Notes: generated by a model not told the origin, from the letters alone. A stretch of 30,929 nt of DNA from an uncultured virus (IMG/VR IMGVR_UViG_3300014205_000009) (IMGVR_UViG_3300014205_000009:62001-92929), one strand, 5' to 3'. Positions 1 to 7,883 are shown, counted from the stretch's first letter. A program made the numbers and translations.

Positions 1-219
1 GTCGAGGGGGAGCGGGAGCTGCGGCGCCCACCGCATCGCCCCCGCCTCCCAGCCCGGAAGGTCGCCCTCGTCCACTTCCGGCGGGGGTAGCGGGTGCACC
101 GGGATGCCGGGCACCCACTGCCCTACACGGCGTCGGGGGAGGGAACCTAAACCCAGATCGAGTGTCAGCTGTGCGCCCACGACGGCAGGGTAAAACGTCG
201 CACCGACAGAACGCAGCAG

Positions 220-438
220 TTATGACAAGTCCGGTGGGTCCGCGGGTTCCCCATCGGCTTCCGCGCGCACCTCAACGATGCCGGGTAGGCCGCACGACAC
301 GAAGAAGTGGTGCAGCTGTTCGGCCACCCCATCGACCCGTTTCCGGGAGGAGTAGGGGCGGCGTTGCCCGAACCATCCGAGGCGCGGAAGCCACGTCCAG
401 ATCACCCACACAACCTCAGGAGCGTCAGGTTCGGTCAC
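220..438 (-). CDS. hypothetical protein (72 aa)
   Basis: GTG at 438 overlaps the TGA of the upstream endonuclease VII ORF (GTGA coupling); MTEPDAPEVVWVIWTWLPRLGWF... Confidence 0.55.
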   Translation of the reverse strand: MTEPDAPEVVWVIWTWLPRLGWFGQRRPYSSRKRVDGVAEQLHHFFVSCGLPGIVEVRAEADGEPADPPDLS

Positions 439-899
439 AGGACACCGTCCGTGGCGTTGTCCTCGCCCCAAGGGTCGAAGCCGCCGAAGTCGGTGCCGTA
501 GTCGACGCCTGTCACCACGCTGACGTAGCGGATCCTCAGACCAAGGATCGACGTTGGGTGACGCCACCGGTACAGCGAATACAGCTGATGCGCGTTCACG
601 CCCTCGCCGACGTTGCACCGTTGGCAGAGGTACCCGCGGGTGAGGCCCGACGAGTGCTCGTGGTCCTCCACCAGGAACTCTTCACGGAAGCAGATCGCGC
701 ACCTGTTGAACTGCCATGCGCGCAAGCGCTCTCGCACGTCGCGGCGCACAGCGATCATCAAAGGTTCTGCGGCGATCCTCGCGGCGGCCTCAGGGAAGTC
801 CCTGGCGAATGTCGGGTCCGAGTCTGGCGCTTCGTCCGGGAACGGGTGGTCGAAGTGCCAGCACGCAGGGACGACCAGGTCGCTGTCTACGGCGATCAT
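435..899 (-). CDS. endonuclease VII (His-Me finger) domain protein
   Basis: CAIC...LVEDHEHSSGLTRGYLCQRCNVGEG matches the EndoVII CxxC...DHxH..G..RG.LC..CN motif; ATGA overlap with the recombinase stop. Confidence 0.85.
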   Translation of the reverse strand: MIAVDSDLVVPACWHFDHPFPDEAPDSDPTFARDFPEAAARIAAEPLMIAVRRDVRERLRAWQFNRCAICFREEFLVEDHEHSSGLTRGYLCQRCNVGEGVNAHQLYSLYRWRHPTSILGLRIRYVSVVTGVDYGTDFGGFDPWGEDNATDGVL

Positions 900-1585
900 T
901 CGTGGCCCCCGGCTACTGCCACGTCCTGACGGGCCAGCACGGCCGCGACAGTCGAGGGGTACCAGCGCCGTCCGCCCTGGCTGGTCGGGACGTTGGTCTC
1001 GGTGAGCTTGTTGGCGATCGCGGCGAGGGTGTCACCATTGGTGCGCCACTCGGCGATCTGCTCAACGATCTCGGCGGAGCTGCGGTCTGGGCGGCCGAGG
1101 ACGATCCCGCTGCGCTTCTTGGCTTGCAGCGCGTTGGAGGTTCGTTCGGCGATCAACTCGCGTTCCAGCTGGGCCACGGCGGCGAGGACGTGCGCCATGA
1201 ACTTGCCGTTAGGTGTGGATGTGTCGAGGCCGAGGTCTAACACCACGAGGTTCCACGACTGACGGACCGAGAGGTCGATCAGCTTGGTGAAGTCTGGGAC
1301 GGATCGCGAGAGTCGGTCGAGCTTGGCGGCGACCAGGTTGGCGGCCTCGCCTCGTTCGAGCATCCCGAGTGCTGCGGTCAGCGCTGGTCGTCCGGTGATG
1401 GTCTTCGCGGAGATGCCCTCGTCGGCCGCTTCGTGGACGACGACCCAGTTGTTCCGCTCGCAGGCGTCCGCGACCTTGGCCCGTTGGGCGGCGAGGCCGA
1501 GGCCCGATCCGGCTTGTTCGTCGGTCGATACCCGTACGTAGGTGATCGCGCTGGCGGGATCGGCGGTCTTTCGGCGTGCTGCCAC
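896..1585 (-). CDS. serine recombinase (resolvase/invertase catalytic domain plus short C-terminal recombinase DNA-binding region)
   Basis: YVRVSTDEQ catalytic Ser motif, KLDRLSRS, ERELIAERT, GRP, then LAAIANKL...W.PSTV; probable leaderless GTG at 1585 following a TATGAT -10 (ORF track start is 1600). Confidence 0.93.
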   Translation of the reverse strand: MAARRKTADPASAITYVRVSTDEQAGSGLGLAAQRAKVADACERNNWVVVHEAADEGISAKTITGRPALTAALGMLERGEAANLVAAKLDRLSRSVPDFTKLIDLSVRQSWNLVVLDLGLDTSTPNGKFMAHVLAAVAQLERELIAERTSNALQAKKRSGIVLGRPDRSSAEIVEQIAEWRTNGDTLAAIANKLTETNVPTSQGGRRWYPSTVAAVLARQDVAVAGGHE

Positions 1586-1593
1586 TCCCTCAT

Positions 1594-1621
1594 CATACAC
1601 CTAACGACCGTCAGGTGTATG
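1594..1621. promoter_or_regulatory. candidate res/att crossover site overlapping the recombinase promoter
   Basis: CATACACCTAACG-AC-CGTCAGGTGTATG: 13-bp inverted repeat (1 mismatch) around a 2-bp centre; overlaps the minus-strand -10 TATGAT (1592-1597). Confidence 0.6.
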
Positions 1622-1647
1622 TCTAACTCAGGGGAGTCGAGCCAGAT

Positions 1648-1684
1648 TCTCACGCAAAGTAGTTAGTCGCTACTTTGTGTGAGA
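1648..1684. repeat. inverted repeat (res accessory site or terminator-like hairpin)
   Basis: TCTCACGCAAAGTAG-N7-CTACTTTGTGTGAGA, 15-bp arms with 1 mismatch. Confidence 0.6.
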
Positions 1685-1757
1685 TCGTAGGGGTTGCGAG
1701 ATGGCATTGGCCGTGGTAAGTGACCGGATCAGCGCAGCAGCGGGGGAGTAGCACGTG

Positions 1758-2141
1758 CTAGCGCTTCACGATCCGCCGGCGAGGCCACTCCGGCACCCGA
1801 CGCCACGACGACTCACCCCACGGCAGCGCGTAGCCCTCCTCAACCATCTGATGGGCCACATGCTTCGTGCCGTCGGTGAAGATCACGCCGCGGGTGCGCC
1901 CCGACACAGGGTCGATACCCACAGAGCGCAGCGTGACCGAGGCGCCAACGGGCAGCAGCCGGGCGAGGAATCGGCGGGCCTCATCAGCCCCGTCCATTTC
2001 CGGGTCCCGCACCGAGATGCCAGCCAGGACGACGAGGTCGCGGCGGTGGATTCGCCAGCCCAGGTCGATGTCGAGCTCGACGATCCCGGATGCGGGAACG
2101 GAGACAACAGACGCCTGATAGGTCCAGGAGGGGCGTGCCAC
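1758..2141 (-). CDS. thermonuclease (SNase-like) family protein with degenerate catalytic motifs
   Basis: WTYQASVV...LDIDLGW...LAGI...EARRFLARLLPVG..VTLRS...GR...MVEEGYA.PW follows phage SNase-like proteins; RBS GAAAGGA before GTG 2141. Confidence 0.75.
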   Translation of the reverse strand: MARPSWTYQASVVSVPASGIVELDIDLGWRIHRRDLVVLAGISVRDPEMDGADEARRFLARLLPVGASVTLRSVGIDPVSGRTRGVIFTDGTKHVAHQMVEEGYALPWGESSWRRVPEWPRRRIVKR

Positions 2142-2324
2142 AGTCGGGGGGTCCTTTCGCGATGGGCGCCGGAAGAATCCCCGGAAACGATGACACTCCA
2201 TACCGGCCACCCCCCACGAGGGTTTCCGGCGCCCGGTCACGCGACATGACCTGCCCGGGGCGGTTCGTCACGGCTTTGGGGAAGCCGAACCGCCCAGCAG
2301 GTATTCACGATACCCGGATTTAGG

Positions 2325-2528
2325 TTCGAGCCGGGACGCACCCACTCGTGCAAAATGTGGGTGTCAACACCGCAACCTGTGCCCTGGGGTGCCGCCACGC
2401 TTTACGCCCATCGTGCCCCCTCAGGGGCTGCGTATCAGCAGAGAATGCGGTCGAATCCCGGTAGGGGCGGAATGGTTGCTGGTGGACCCACTGGTTTTAT
2501 GTGGGTGGGTGTGGCGTCCCGGCTCGAA
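2325..2528. repeat. ~200-bp element bounded by a perfect 15-bp inverted repeat
   Basis: TTCGAGCCGGGACGC (2325-2339) / GCGTCCCGGCTCGAA (2514-2528), with internal ACCCACT...ATGTGGGTG hairpins near both ends. Confidence 0.7.
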
Positions 2529-2530
2529 GA

Positions 2531-2710
2531 CTAGTTGGCGACGTGCACCAGGGTCATCGCTGCAGTGATGCCGTCGGCGAGCCAGCGCAGGCGGTGTGCG
2601 TCGATCATGTGGTCGACGGCGGCCATGCGCACGTGTGCGGGGCTGGCGGCGTGGACGGGTTCGTCGCACAGTTCGCAGCGGAGCAGGCGGGCGGTGGGGG
2701 GCTCGGTCAT
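2531..2710 (-). CDS. small hypothetical protein (CxxC...H...H, possible Zn finger)
   Basis: GGAAGG RBS before ATG 2710; RCELCDE...DHMIDAH. Confidence 0.65.
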   Translation of the reverse strand: MTEPPTARLLRCELCDEPVHAASPAHVRMAAVDHMIDAHRLRWLADGITAAMTLVHVAN

Positions 2711-2747
2711 GCAGCCTTCCACGCGGATCAGGTTGCTAGGCAACGGG

Positions 2748-2969
2748 TCAGGCTGCGGCGGCGTGGGTGCGGCGGGCTCGGTCGCGGGTGGCGCGTTCGG
2801 CGCGGGCGACGTCGAGGACCCGGTACAGGGGGCGGCCGTTGCGGTGCTTGGCCGGTTCGAGGATGCCGCGGTCCTTCCACGTGTAGATCGTGGAGGCGGC
2901 GACCCCTGCCAGTGTGGCGGCCTCGGTGGAGGTGAGGAGTGCGGTGAGGCGGGTGGGGTCGATCTGCAC
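2748..2969 (-). CDS. MerR/excisionase-like HTH DNA-binding protein
   Basis: LLTSTEAATLAGVAASTIYTWKDRGIL...GRPLYRVLDV; RBS GGAAGG before GTG 2969. Confidence 0.85.
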   Translation of the reverse strand: MQIDPTRLTALLTSTEAATLAGVAASTIYTWKDRGILEPAKHRNGRPLYRVLDVARAERATRDRARRTHAAAA

Positions 2970-2992
2970 TGGTGGGCCTTCCGTGGGCGCGG

Positions 2993-3026
2993 AAAAAGCC
3001 CCCAACCTGGGCGTGGTTGGGGGCTT
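2993..3026 (-). terminator. intrinsic terminator
   Basis: minus strand GCCCCCAACC-N7-GGTTGGGGGC followed by TTTTT. Confidence 0.75.
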
Positions 3027-3076
3027 GCGACTCATCATCTAGCGGAGCGACTGTAGACACACTTCGCCGTGCACCC

Positions 3077-3106
3077 AGTCTCTCAGTCTTTCGAGAGCAT
3101 TGTCAA
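3077..3106 (-). promoter_or_regulatory. candidate promoter
   Basis: TTGACA (3101-3106), N18, GAGACT (non-consensus -10); an alternative -10 TACAGT lies at 3050-3055. Confidence 0.4.
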
Positions 3107-3114
3107 GGGCCCCG

Positions 3115-3795
3115 TCAGAAAATGTCCACATCCGTCACATCGGTGACCAGAACCGACGCCGCCAGATAACGCGTCCACTGCTCCTGCACATCCGCCGGCG
3201 CCGTGTACCCGCAATCCGGGGTCTTGCACTCCACTCCCCCAACCCCGTCCATGTCGTCCACACGGACGAGCATCAACAGCTCGCACCGAGGGCACGGAAC
3301 AGTCACCCGGGCACGCCGAACGGTCTCCCCGAGCCCGGCGCGAATGCCCCGGTTCAGGTTGTGGAACATGGCCGCGGTGGAGGCGGCCTCGGGGTAGGTG
3401 CACAGGTCGTGAAAGCGGGCGGTGAGGAAGTCGTGGGCGGCCCGAATACGCGCGGTCTCGGAGGTTCCGACGCGGGGCATTCCCGCCCGGGTGTGCTGGC
3501 GGACTTCGCGGTGGGCGTCGTCGAAAAGGCGGGCAATGGCGCGGGCCTGATCCGAAGCCCATTCCCGTTCATGGCCGTACACCTTCTCCCCCTGCTTCAC
3601 CAGCACCCTCTCCCCCGGCGGCCGGACAGGCTCGGGCATCAGGGTGTGCAGGACGAGCCAGTGCTCCCGCAGCCGGCGAAGCACGTTGGCGTAGTGGATG
3701 CGGGAGGGCTCGCAGATGGTGTCGGTGGTCAGCCGGGGGTTGCCGTCGAGGTCCCGGCAGCCGGGCATCACGCACGGGCTGATGGAGCCGGTCAC
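3115..3795 (-). CDS. Zn-ribbon phage regulator-like protein
   Basis: N-terminal C..PGC...IC and C-terminal PCPRC...L...VECKTPDCG; last gene of the early operon; GTGA overlap at start. Confidence 0.75.
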   Translation of the reverse strand: MTGSISPCVMPGCRDLDGNPRLTTDTICEPSRIHYANVLRRLREHWLVLHTLMPEPVRPPGERVLVKQGEKVYGHEREWASDQARAIARLFDDAHREVRQHTRAGMPRVGTSETARIRAAHDFLTARFHDLCTYPEAASTAAMFHNLNRGIRAGLGETVRRARVTVPCPRCELLMLVRVDDMDGVGGVECKTPDCGYTAPADVQEQWTRYLAASVLVTDVTDVDIF

Positions 3796-4514
3796 GCGGC
3801 CTCCTCGATGTCCCGCAACGCCTTCTTCACAGCCAGGTCGCGGATCAGCCCGTACACGATCCACATCTGCCCGGCCACGTTGCCGTGACCTTCCTCGACG
3901 GCCTGGCGGAGGTAGACGGCGGCGTCGGCCAGCTCCTCCAGCGCGTCCGTCAGTGCATCGCGGCCGTTGCCGGCGACCAGCGGGACCCCATACTCTGCGA
4001 GCCCGATCCGCTTGCGCTGTCCGATTATCTCGACAACCCGATCCCAGCCATGCCGGCCCGCATCCGCAGCCACCAGGTCATGGATCGACACCGCACCCTC
4101 CAGCACGACCGGAGCCGGCTGCGGCAACAGCGGGCCGGGCTGGGCTCGCGGAACCTGGACGTACTCGAACAGCGGCGGCTCAGGCGCAGGAGGCGGCGGT
4201 GGAGGCGGCGGGTTCCGCTCGGCCTCCTCCATCGCGATGAGGTCAGCGATCACCTCGTTCATCGACGAGTAGTCAGTCCAGTGGAAGCTGCCCGTCTCCT
4301 CCTGGTGGGGGCATCCCATCGTCGCCCAGATGTCCGTGCACGGGTCCGGGGTGACATCGCTGATCGGCCCCTCGTCCATGTCGTGGCGACGGACATCGAC
4401 CTCGGGGCACTGCATCAGGTGGTGTCCGGGGCCGCGGACTGCGCCGTTCCATCCCGCCCGGTACTTGCGGATGATGAACCGGCGCACCAGGTCGTCCGCA
4501 TTGACCTCGCTCAC
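3792..4514 (-). CDS. fusion: unknown Cys-containing domain, poly-Pro linker, MazG-like/all-alpha NTP pyrophosphohydrolase-like domain
   Basis: C-terminal QPAP...SIHDLV...RKRIGLAEYGVPL...NGRDALTDALEELADAAVYLRQAVEE (EExxD motif); GTGA overlap at start. Confidence 0.7.
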   Translation of the reverse strand: MSEVNADDLVRRFIIRKYRAGWNGAVRGPGHHLMQCPEVDVRRHDMDEGPISDVTPDPCTDIWATMGCPHQEETGSFHWTDYSSMNEVIADLIAMEEAERNPPPPPPPPAPEPPLFEYVQVPRAQPGPLLPQPAPVVLEGAVSIHDLVAADAGRHGWDRVVEIIGQRKRIGLAEYGVPLVAGNGRDALTDALEELADAAVYLRQAVEEGHGNVAGQMWIVYGLIRDLAVKKALRDIEEAA

Positions 4515-4909
4515 TGCTTGCCGGTCGACAGGTCGAAGTTGGGGAGGATGTTCTCCGGCTTCAAAATGATCCGCGTGTGATACACGGACGCGTCGATGCC
4601 CTCCAGCTGGGTCGACACGAACGTCACGTTCTGCGACAACCCCAGAACATGCTTCCGGTAGTCGTTCGGGCCGTGCTTGCACGTCACCACCAGGTCCCCG
4701 TCCCGGGTGATGGAGCAGCGGCCCTCGATCGAGAACAGCACCTTGTCGGTGATGCCGTTGACCCCGACGATCAGCCGGTTCACCTCGAAGTTGTCGGCCG
4801 CGGTCGAAATGTTGCGGGACGCCATGTCGGCGTCGCTGGTGCACGCCGAAGCACCCAGGATCGAGACGGCCCCGATGAACGCGGCAGCGATGGTCTTAGC
4901 CTTGTTCAC
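4511..4909 (-). CDS. phage lipoprotein (mycobacteriophage L5 gp64-like)
   Basis: signal peptide and lipobox GASAC; TSDADMASRNISTAADNFEVNR..VGVNGITDK..F.IEGRCSI family signature; RBS GGAGGAG. Confidence 0.85.
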   Translation of the reverse strand: MNKAKTIAAAFIGAVSILGASACTSDADMASRNISTAADNFEVNRLIVGVNGITDKVLFSIEGRCSITRDGDLVVTCKHGPNDYRKHVLGLSQNVTFVSTQLEGIDASVYHTRIILKPENILPNFDLSTGKQ

Positions 4910-5061
4910 CGGGCTCCTCCAGCCGATCCCTGCTGTCCCGCGCCGGGCCGCGCCCCACCCGAAGCGCCTTCGATGTGGGTTCGGATGAACCGGTCGTCGG
5001 CCGGCTCCTCGACGTCGTCGACCTCGACGCTGTCGTCGACAGGGCTGATGTCCTCGGTCAT
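4906..5061 (-). CDS. small acidic hypothetical protein (51 aa)
   Basis: [25 protein letters not shown]...; 4-bp overlaps at both ends fill the gap exactly. Confidence 0.6.
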   Translation of the reverse strand: MTEDISPVDDSVEVDDVEEPADDRFIRTHIEGASGGARPGAGQQGSAGGAR

Positions 5062-5651
5062 GCTGCGCGCTCCTGCTCGGCGGGGAGACCCCGAAGGAAG
5101 TTGACATGCGAACGGGACGGGACCGGGCCCGTCTGGCCCTGATACCGCGAGCCCGCCGCTCCCGTCCCGTACGGCTTCTCAGCCGCCGACGACAGTTCTG
5201 TGAACACCAGTTGCCCGATCTTCATCCCCGGCCACAACTTGATCGGCAGAGGGGCGACGTTCACCATCTCCGTCGTCACCTGCCCGGAGAAGCCGGCGTC
5301 GATCCACCCGGCCGTTGCGTGGACGATCAGCCCGAGGCGTCCCAGGCTGGACTTGCCGGAGAACTCTGCGCACAGGGTGGCGGGCAGGGTGACGGTTTCG
5401 ATGGTGTGGCCGAGGACGAACTCACCGGGGTGCAGGATGAACGGCTCGTCCGGGCCGACACCGACAAGCTCGGTGAGGTCGGGCTGGTCTTCGGCGGGGT
5501 CGATGATGCCGACGCGCTTGTTGAAGGTGCGGAACCAGGGTCCGAGGCGGACGTCGAGGCTGCCGGGCTGGATGAGGGTGTCGTCGTAGGGCTCGATGCC
5601 GAGGCCGAGGGTTTCGACGTAGGCGCGGATGCGGTGGTCGGGCAGGATCAC
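5058..5651 (-). CDS. dcd: dCTP deaminase
   Basis: [65 protein letters not shown]. Confidence 0.95.
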   Translation of the reverse strand: MILPDHRIRAYVETLGLGIEPYDDTLIQPGSLDVRLGPWFRTFNKRVGIIDPAEDQPDLTELVGVGPDEPFILHPGEFVLGHTIETVTLPATLCAEFSGKSSLGRLGLIVHATAGWIDAGFSGQVTTEMVNVAPLPIKLWPGMKIGQLVFTELSSAAEKPYGTGAAGSRYQGQTGPVPSRSHVNFLRGLPAEQERAA

Positions 5652-5872
5652 CGGCTCGCCCCCCGGCGCAGCAGGTAGAGCTTCACGCCCGCCGCCGCAG
5701 CAGCCAGGACGGTGAGAGGCCACGCCATCGTTGTGAGGAGCGAGGCGAACACCGACACGACTGTCCCCGCCACTGCATCGAGGACGTCTCTGCCCTTGGT
5801 GATGGCGACGACGGGGCCGGTGATGAGGACGAGGAGCGCCAGGACAGCTCCGGTGGTCTGGTAGGCGTTCAC
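5648..5872 (-). CDS. small membrane protein
   Basis: two hydrophobic segments; 4-bp overlaps at both ends. Confidence 0.7.
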   Translation of the reverse strand: MNAYQTTGAVLALLVLITGPVVAITKGRDVLDAVAGTVVSVFASLLTTMAWPLTVLAAAAAGVKLYLLRRGASR

Positions 5873-6225
5873 GCGGCGACCCCGAGCAGGCGGCGCCACA
5901 ACGGCCGCCGCTTACGTGGCGTCTCCGGGGCGGGTGAGACGGGCAGCGGCGGGAAGGTCAGGTGCAGCTTCGTGCCCCTGTAGAGCGGAAACAGGAAGGC
6001 GTCCTGGGTGGGGTTGCCCCACCACCACACGTTGTCGCTGTCATGCTCTCTGATGCCCACGTAGTAGAGACCCGACTCGTCGGGGACGTCGAAGTCGAGC
6101 GTCATGGATTCGGGGATCATCTGGTAGTCCGTCACTCGCTTGCCGGTGCGGTCCACGATGCAGAGGTAGTCGCCGGGCTCGCAACGCAGAGTCCAGACGT
6201 CGGGCGCGGTTTGGGCGATTCTCAT
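5869..6225 (-). CDS. hypothetical protein
   Basis: 118-aa ORF coupled on both sides; GAGGA RBS. Confidence 0.75.
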   Translation of the reverse strand: MRIAQTAPDVWTLRCEPGDYLCIVDRTGKRVTDYQMIPESMTLDFDVPDESGLYYVGIREHDSDNVWWWGNPTQDAFLFPLYRGTKLHLTFPPLPVSPAPETPRKRRPLWRRLLGVAA

Positions 6226-6323
6226 TCGGCGGGTTCCTCGCTGGTGGGCGGCGCGAGTGGGGTGTATCGGTCGCGGAGTTCGGCGAGTGTGGCGATGGGT
6301 GGGCCAGGGTTTGGGCTGGTCAC
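6222..6323 (-). CDS. small hypothetical protein (33 aa)
   Basis: MTSPNPGPPIATLAELRDRY...; GTGA/ATGA overlaps at both ends. Confidence 0.5.
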   Translation of the reverse strand: MTSPNPGPPIATLAELRDRYTPLAPPTSEEPAE

Positions 6324-6700
6324 CTGGTGTCGCGGGGTGGTGCTGGGCGGGTTTGGGTTTCGGCTGCGCGCCGGAGGATTGGGCCGATCCAGAGTGCGGT
6401 GCAGATTGATGCGAGGAGTGCGGCGAGGGTGATGGACCACCACACCGGGTAAAAAGCGGCGCACATCACAGCAACCACAAGCGTTAACGCTGCAACCGTC
6501 ACCAACGGGCCGCTACCATCGTTATGCGCCACAGCAGGCGCACCAGACTCCACCACCTGAACTGAAATAGTCTCGCCGCGAGCCGGGCAGCTCACACAAC
6601 ACGGCAGACAGGGCACAGAACAGGTGGTGCGTCCCAAGTGGCGGGGGTCGACCTGATGGGCATCAGGACGACCCCCGCCACACTTGTGTCCCGCCCGCAT
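6320..6700 (-). CDS. membrane protein with Cys-rich N-terminus (start uncertain)
   Basis: two C-terminal hydrophobic helices; TGATG overlap at 6700. Confidence 0.6.
   Translation of the reverse strand: MRAGHKCGGGRPDAHQVDPRHLGRTTCSVPCLPCCVSCPARGETISVQVVESGAPAVAHNDGSGPLVTVAALTLVVAVMCAAFYPVWWSITLAALLASICTALWIGPILRRAAETQTRPAPPRDTR
6638..6681. repeat. long GC-rich hairpin
   Basis: GTGGCGGGGGTCG-A-CCTGATG-GG-CATCAGG-A-CGACCCCCGCCAC. Confidence 0.7.
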
Positions 6701-7020
6701 CAGGCGGCCTGACCAAAGGCTGGCCCAGACTTGCCGGCGATCAGGAACGCGGCCGGGTCCGCCCCGTCGAGCACGGCGAGGAGACGGGCCACACGGCCGT
6801 CCACAAGCGAGAGAACGTCAGAGGGGTACTCGCCGACCAGGGAGGCGAGTTCGGCCCGCAGATCGCGTCCCAGGCGTGCAGCGTTGGTGATGCGGGCGTC
6901 CGGGCTGGGGAGCGGATGCTGGGGGGCGTCGGCGCCGTAGCCGCAGTCTTGGCAGGCGTGCGGGTCGGGGTGGCCGGCTGGGGGGCGGCGGTAGGTGTGG
7001 CCGTGCACGGATGTGTTCAT
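6700..7020 (-). CDS. hypothetical protein
   Basis: 106 aa; H.Y...CQDCG...H motif; coupled to neighbours. Confidence 0.7.
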   Translation of the reverse strand: MNTSVHGHTYRRPPAGHPDPHACQDCGYGADAPQHPLPSPDARITNAARLGRDLRAELASLVGEYPSDVLSLVDGRVARLLAVLDGADPAAFLIAGKSGPAFGQAA

Positions 7021-7106
7021 CGGGTGCAGGCCGTTACAGCGCGGAGGGCGACCAGGGCGGTGAGGGTGATCATTGCCGCGAAAGCGTCGCGGGCGAGGGC
7101 GGTCAC
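7017..7106 (-). CDS. small hydrophobic peptide (29 aa)
   Basis: MTALARDAFAAMITLTALVALRAVTACTR; GAGG RBS; 4-bp overlaps at both ends. Confidence 0.55.
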   Translation of the reverse strand: MTALARDAFAAMITLTALVALRAVTACTR

Positions 7107-7222
7107 AGGTTAGCCTCGGCTGGCCCGTAGGTCTTTCGACTCTTGTCCGCCCCGGGCGTGCACATTAGGGGTGTGCACGCCCGGGGGCAGGGGGTGCCGT
7201 GGGCTGCGGCGGGTGAGGCCAT
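7103..7222 (-). CDS. small hypothetical protein (39 aa)
   Basis: GAGGA RBS before ATG 7222; stop overlaps the next start. Confidence 0.45.
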   Translation of the reverse strand: MASPAAAHGTPCPRACTPLMCTPGADKSRKTYGPAEANL

Positions 7223-7380
7223 TGGGCGTGTGTCCTCGGGGGTTTGGGCGTTGTTTCGGGCGGTTGCTGTGGGTGACTGTCCGGGTGGGCTTCCGGTTGG
7301 GTTTCGGTCACTTTCGGCGTGTCTTTTGTACACCGTCTGTGCTGGTGGGCGGGGTGTGATGGGAGTCTTAGAGTGGCTTT

Positions 7381-7535
7381 AACGATCTTGTGGTGATCGT
7401 TGGGTCGCGTTTTGTCACGCGAACCCGCTGCTACCCCAAGTGGGGTTAGCCCAAACTTGAGACTGTGTGACGTTCAACACTCAGAAGGCCGGCGGGTGGC
7501 CACCACATGAAGCTGTAACGAACGATCGCCCACAA
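7381..7535 (+). ncRNA. candidate structured ncRNA
   Basis: closing helix 7388-7401/7521-7535 (G-U pair favours + strand) enclosing several hairpins; -10-like TAGAGT at 7369-7374. Confidence 0.4.
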
Positions 7536-7616
7536 ACGAAACAACCAGGTCAACCACCCCGACCGGCCAACCCCCACCACAAGCGCACCACACACAACGA
7601 GGCCCGCGGACAAAAG

Positions 7617-7883
7617 TTACGCAGCCTCAGCGCGGGAGTGGGTAGCGACGTAGTCGCGGTGGGCCTCCAAGCACGCCTCACACGCCCGCTCCTTTCGGCG
7701 GCGATGACGGCGATACGCAGCCTCCGTCCCGCACGGGCGCAGAGGCCGCCGCGGTAGCCGCCCAGCACCCTTGTTGTAATGCCGCTCAGCGCGCACACAA
7801 GCCCCGCACAGGGCCTCCCCGCGCCGACGATGCCGGGCCGCTGCAGCCTGTGTCCCGCACGGACGGTACGGGCGCCCGCTCAC
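7617..7883 (-). CDS. protein with two PCGT...H...C..C Zn-binding repeats
   Basis: PCGTQAAAARHRRRGEALCGAC and PCGTEAAYRRHRRRKERACEAC. Confidence 0.85.
   Translation of the reverse strand: MSGRPYRPCGTQAAAARHRRRGEALCGACVRAERHYNKGAGRLPRRPLRPCGTEAAYRRHRRRKERACEACLEAHRDYVATHSRAEAA

Noticed and set aside
1..150. Several GC-rich hairpins at the left edge
   Set aside because: Context is cut by the window edge and very high GC makes chance pairing likely
896..1600. IS607-type transposon or the prophage integrase
   Set aside because: No N-terminal HTH and no TnpB; too short for a large serine integrase, with no Zn-ribbon/coiled-coil domain
2321..2460. tRNA-like T-loop words GGTTCGAGCC and GGTCGAATCCC
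   Set aside because: No T-stem pairing or cloverleaf could be built around them
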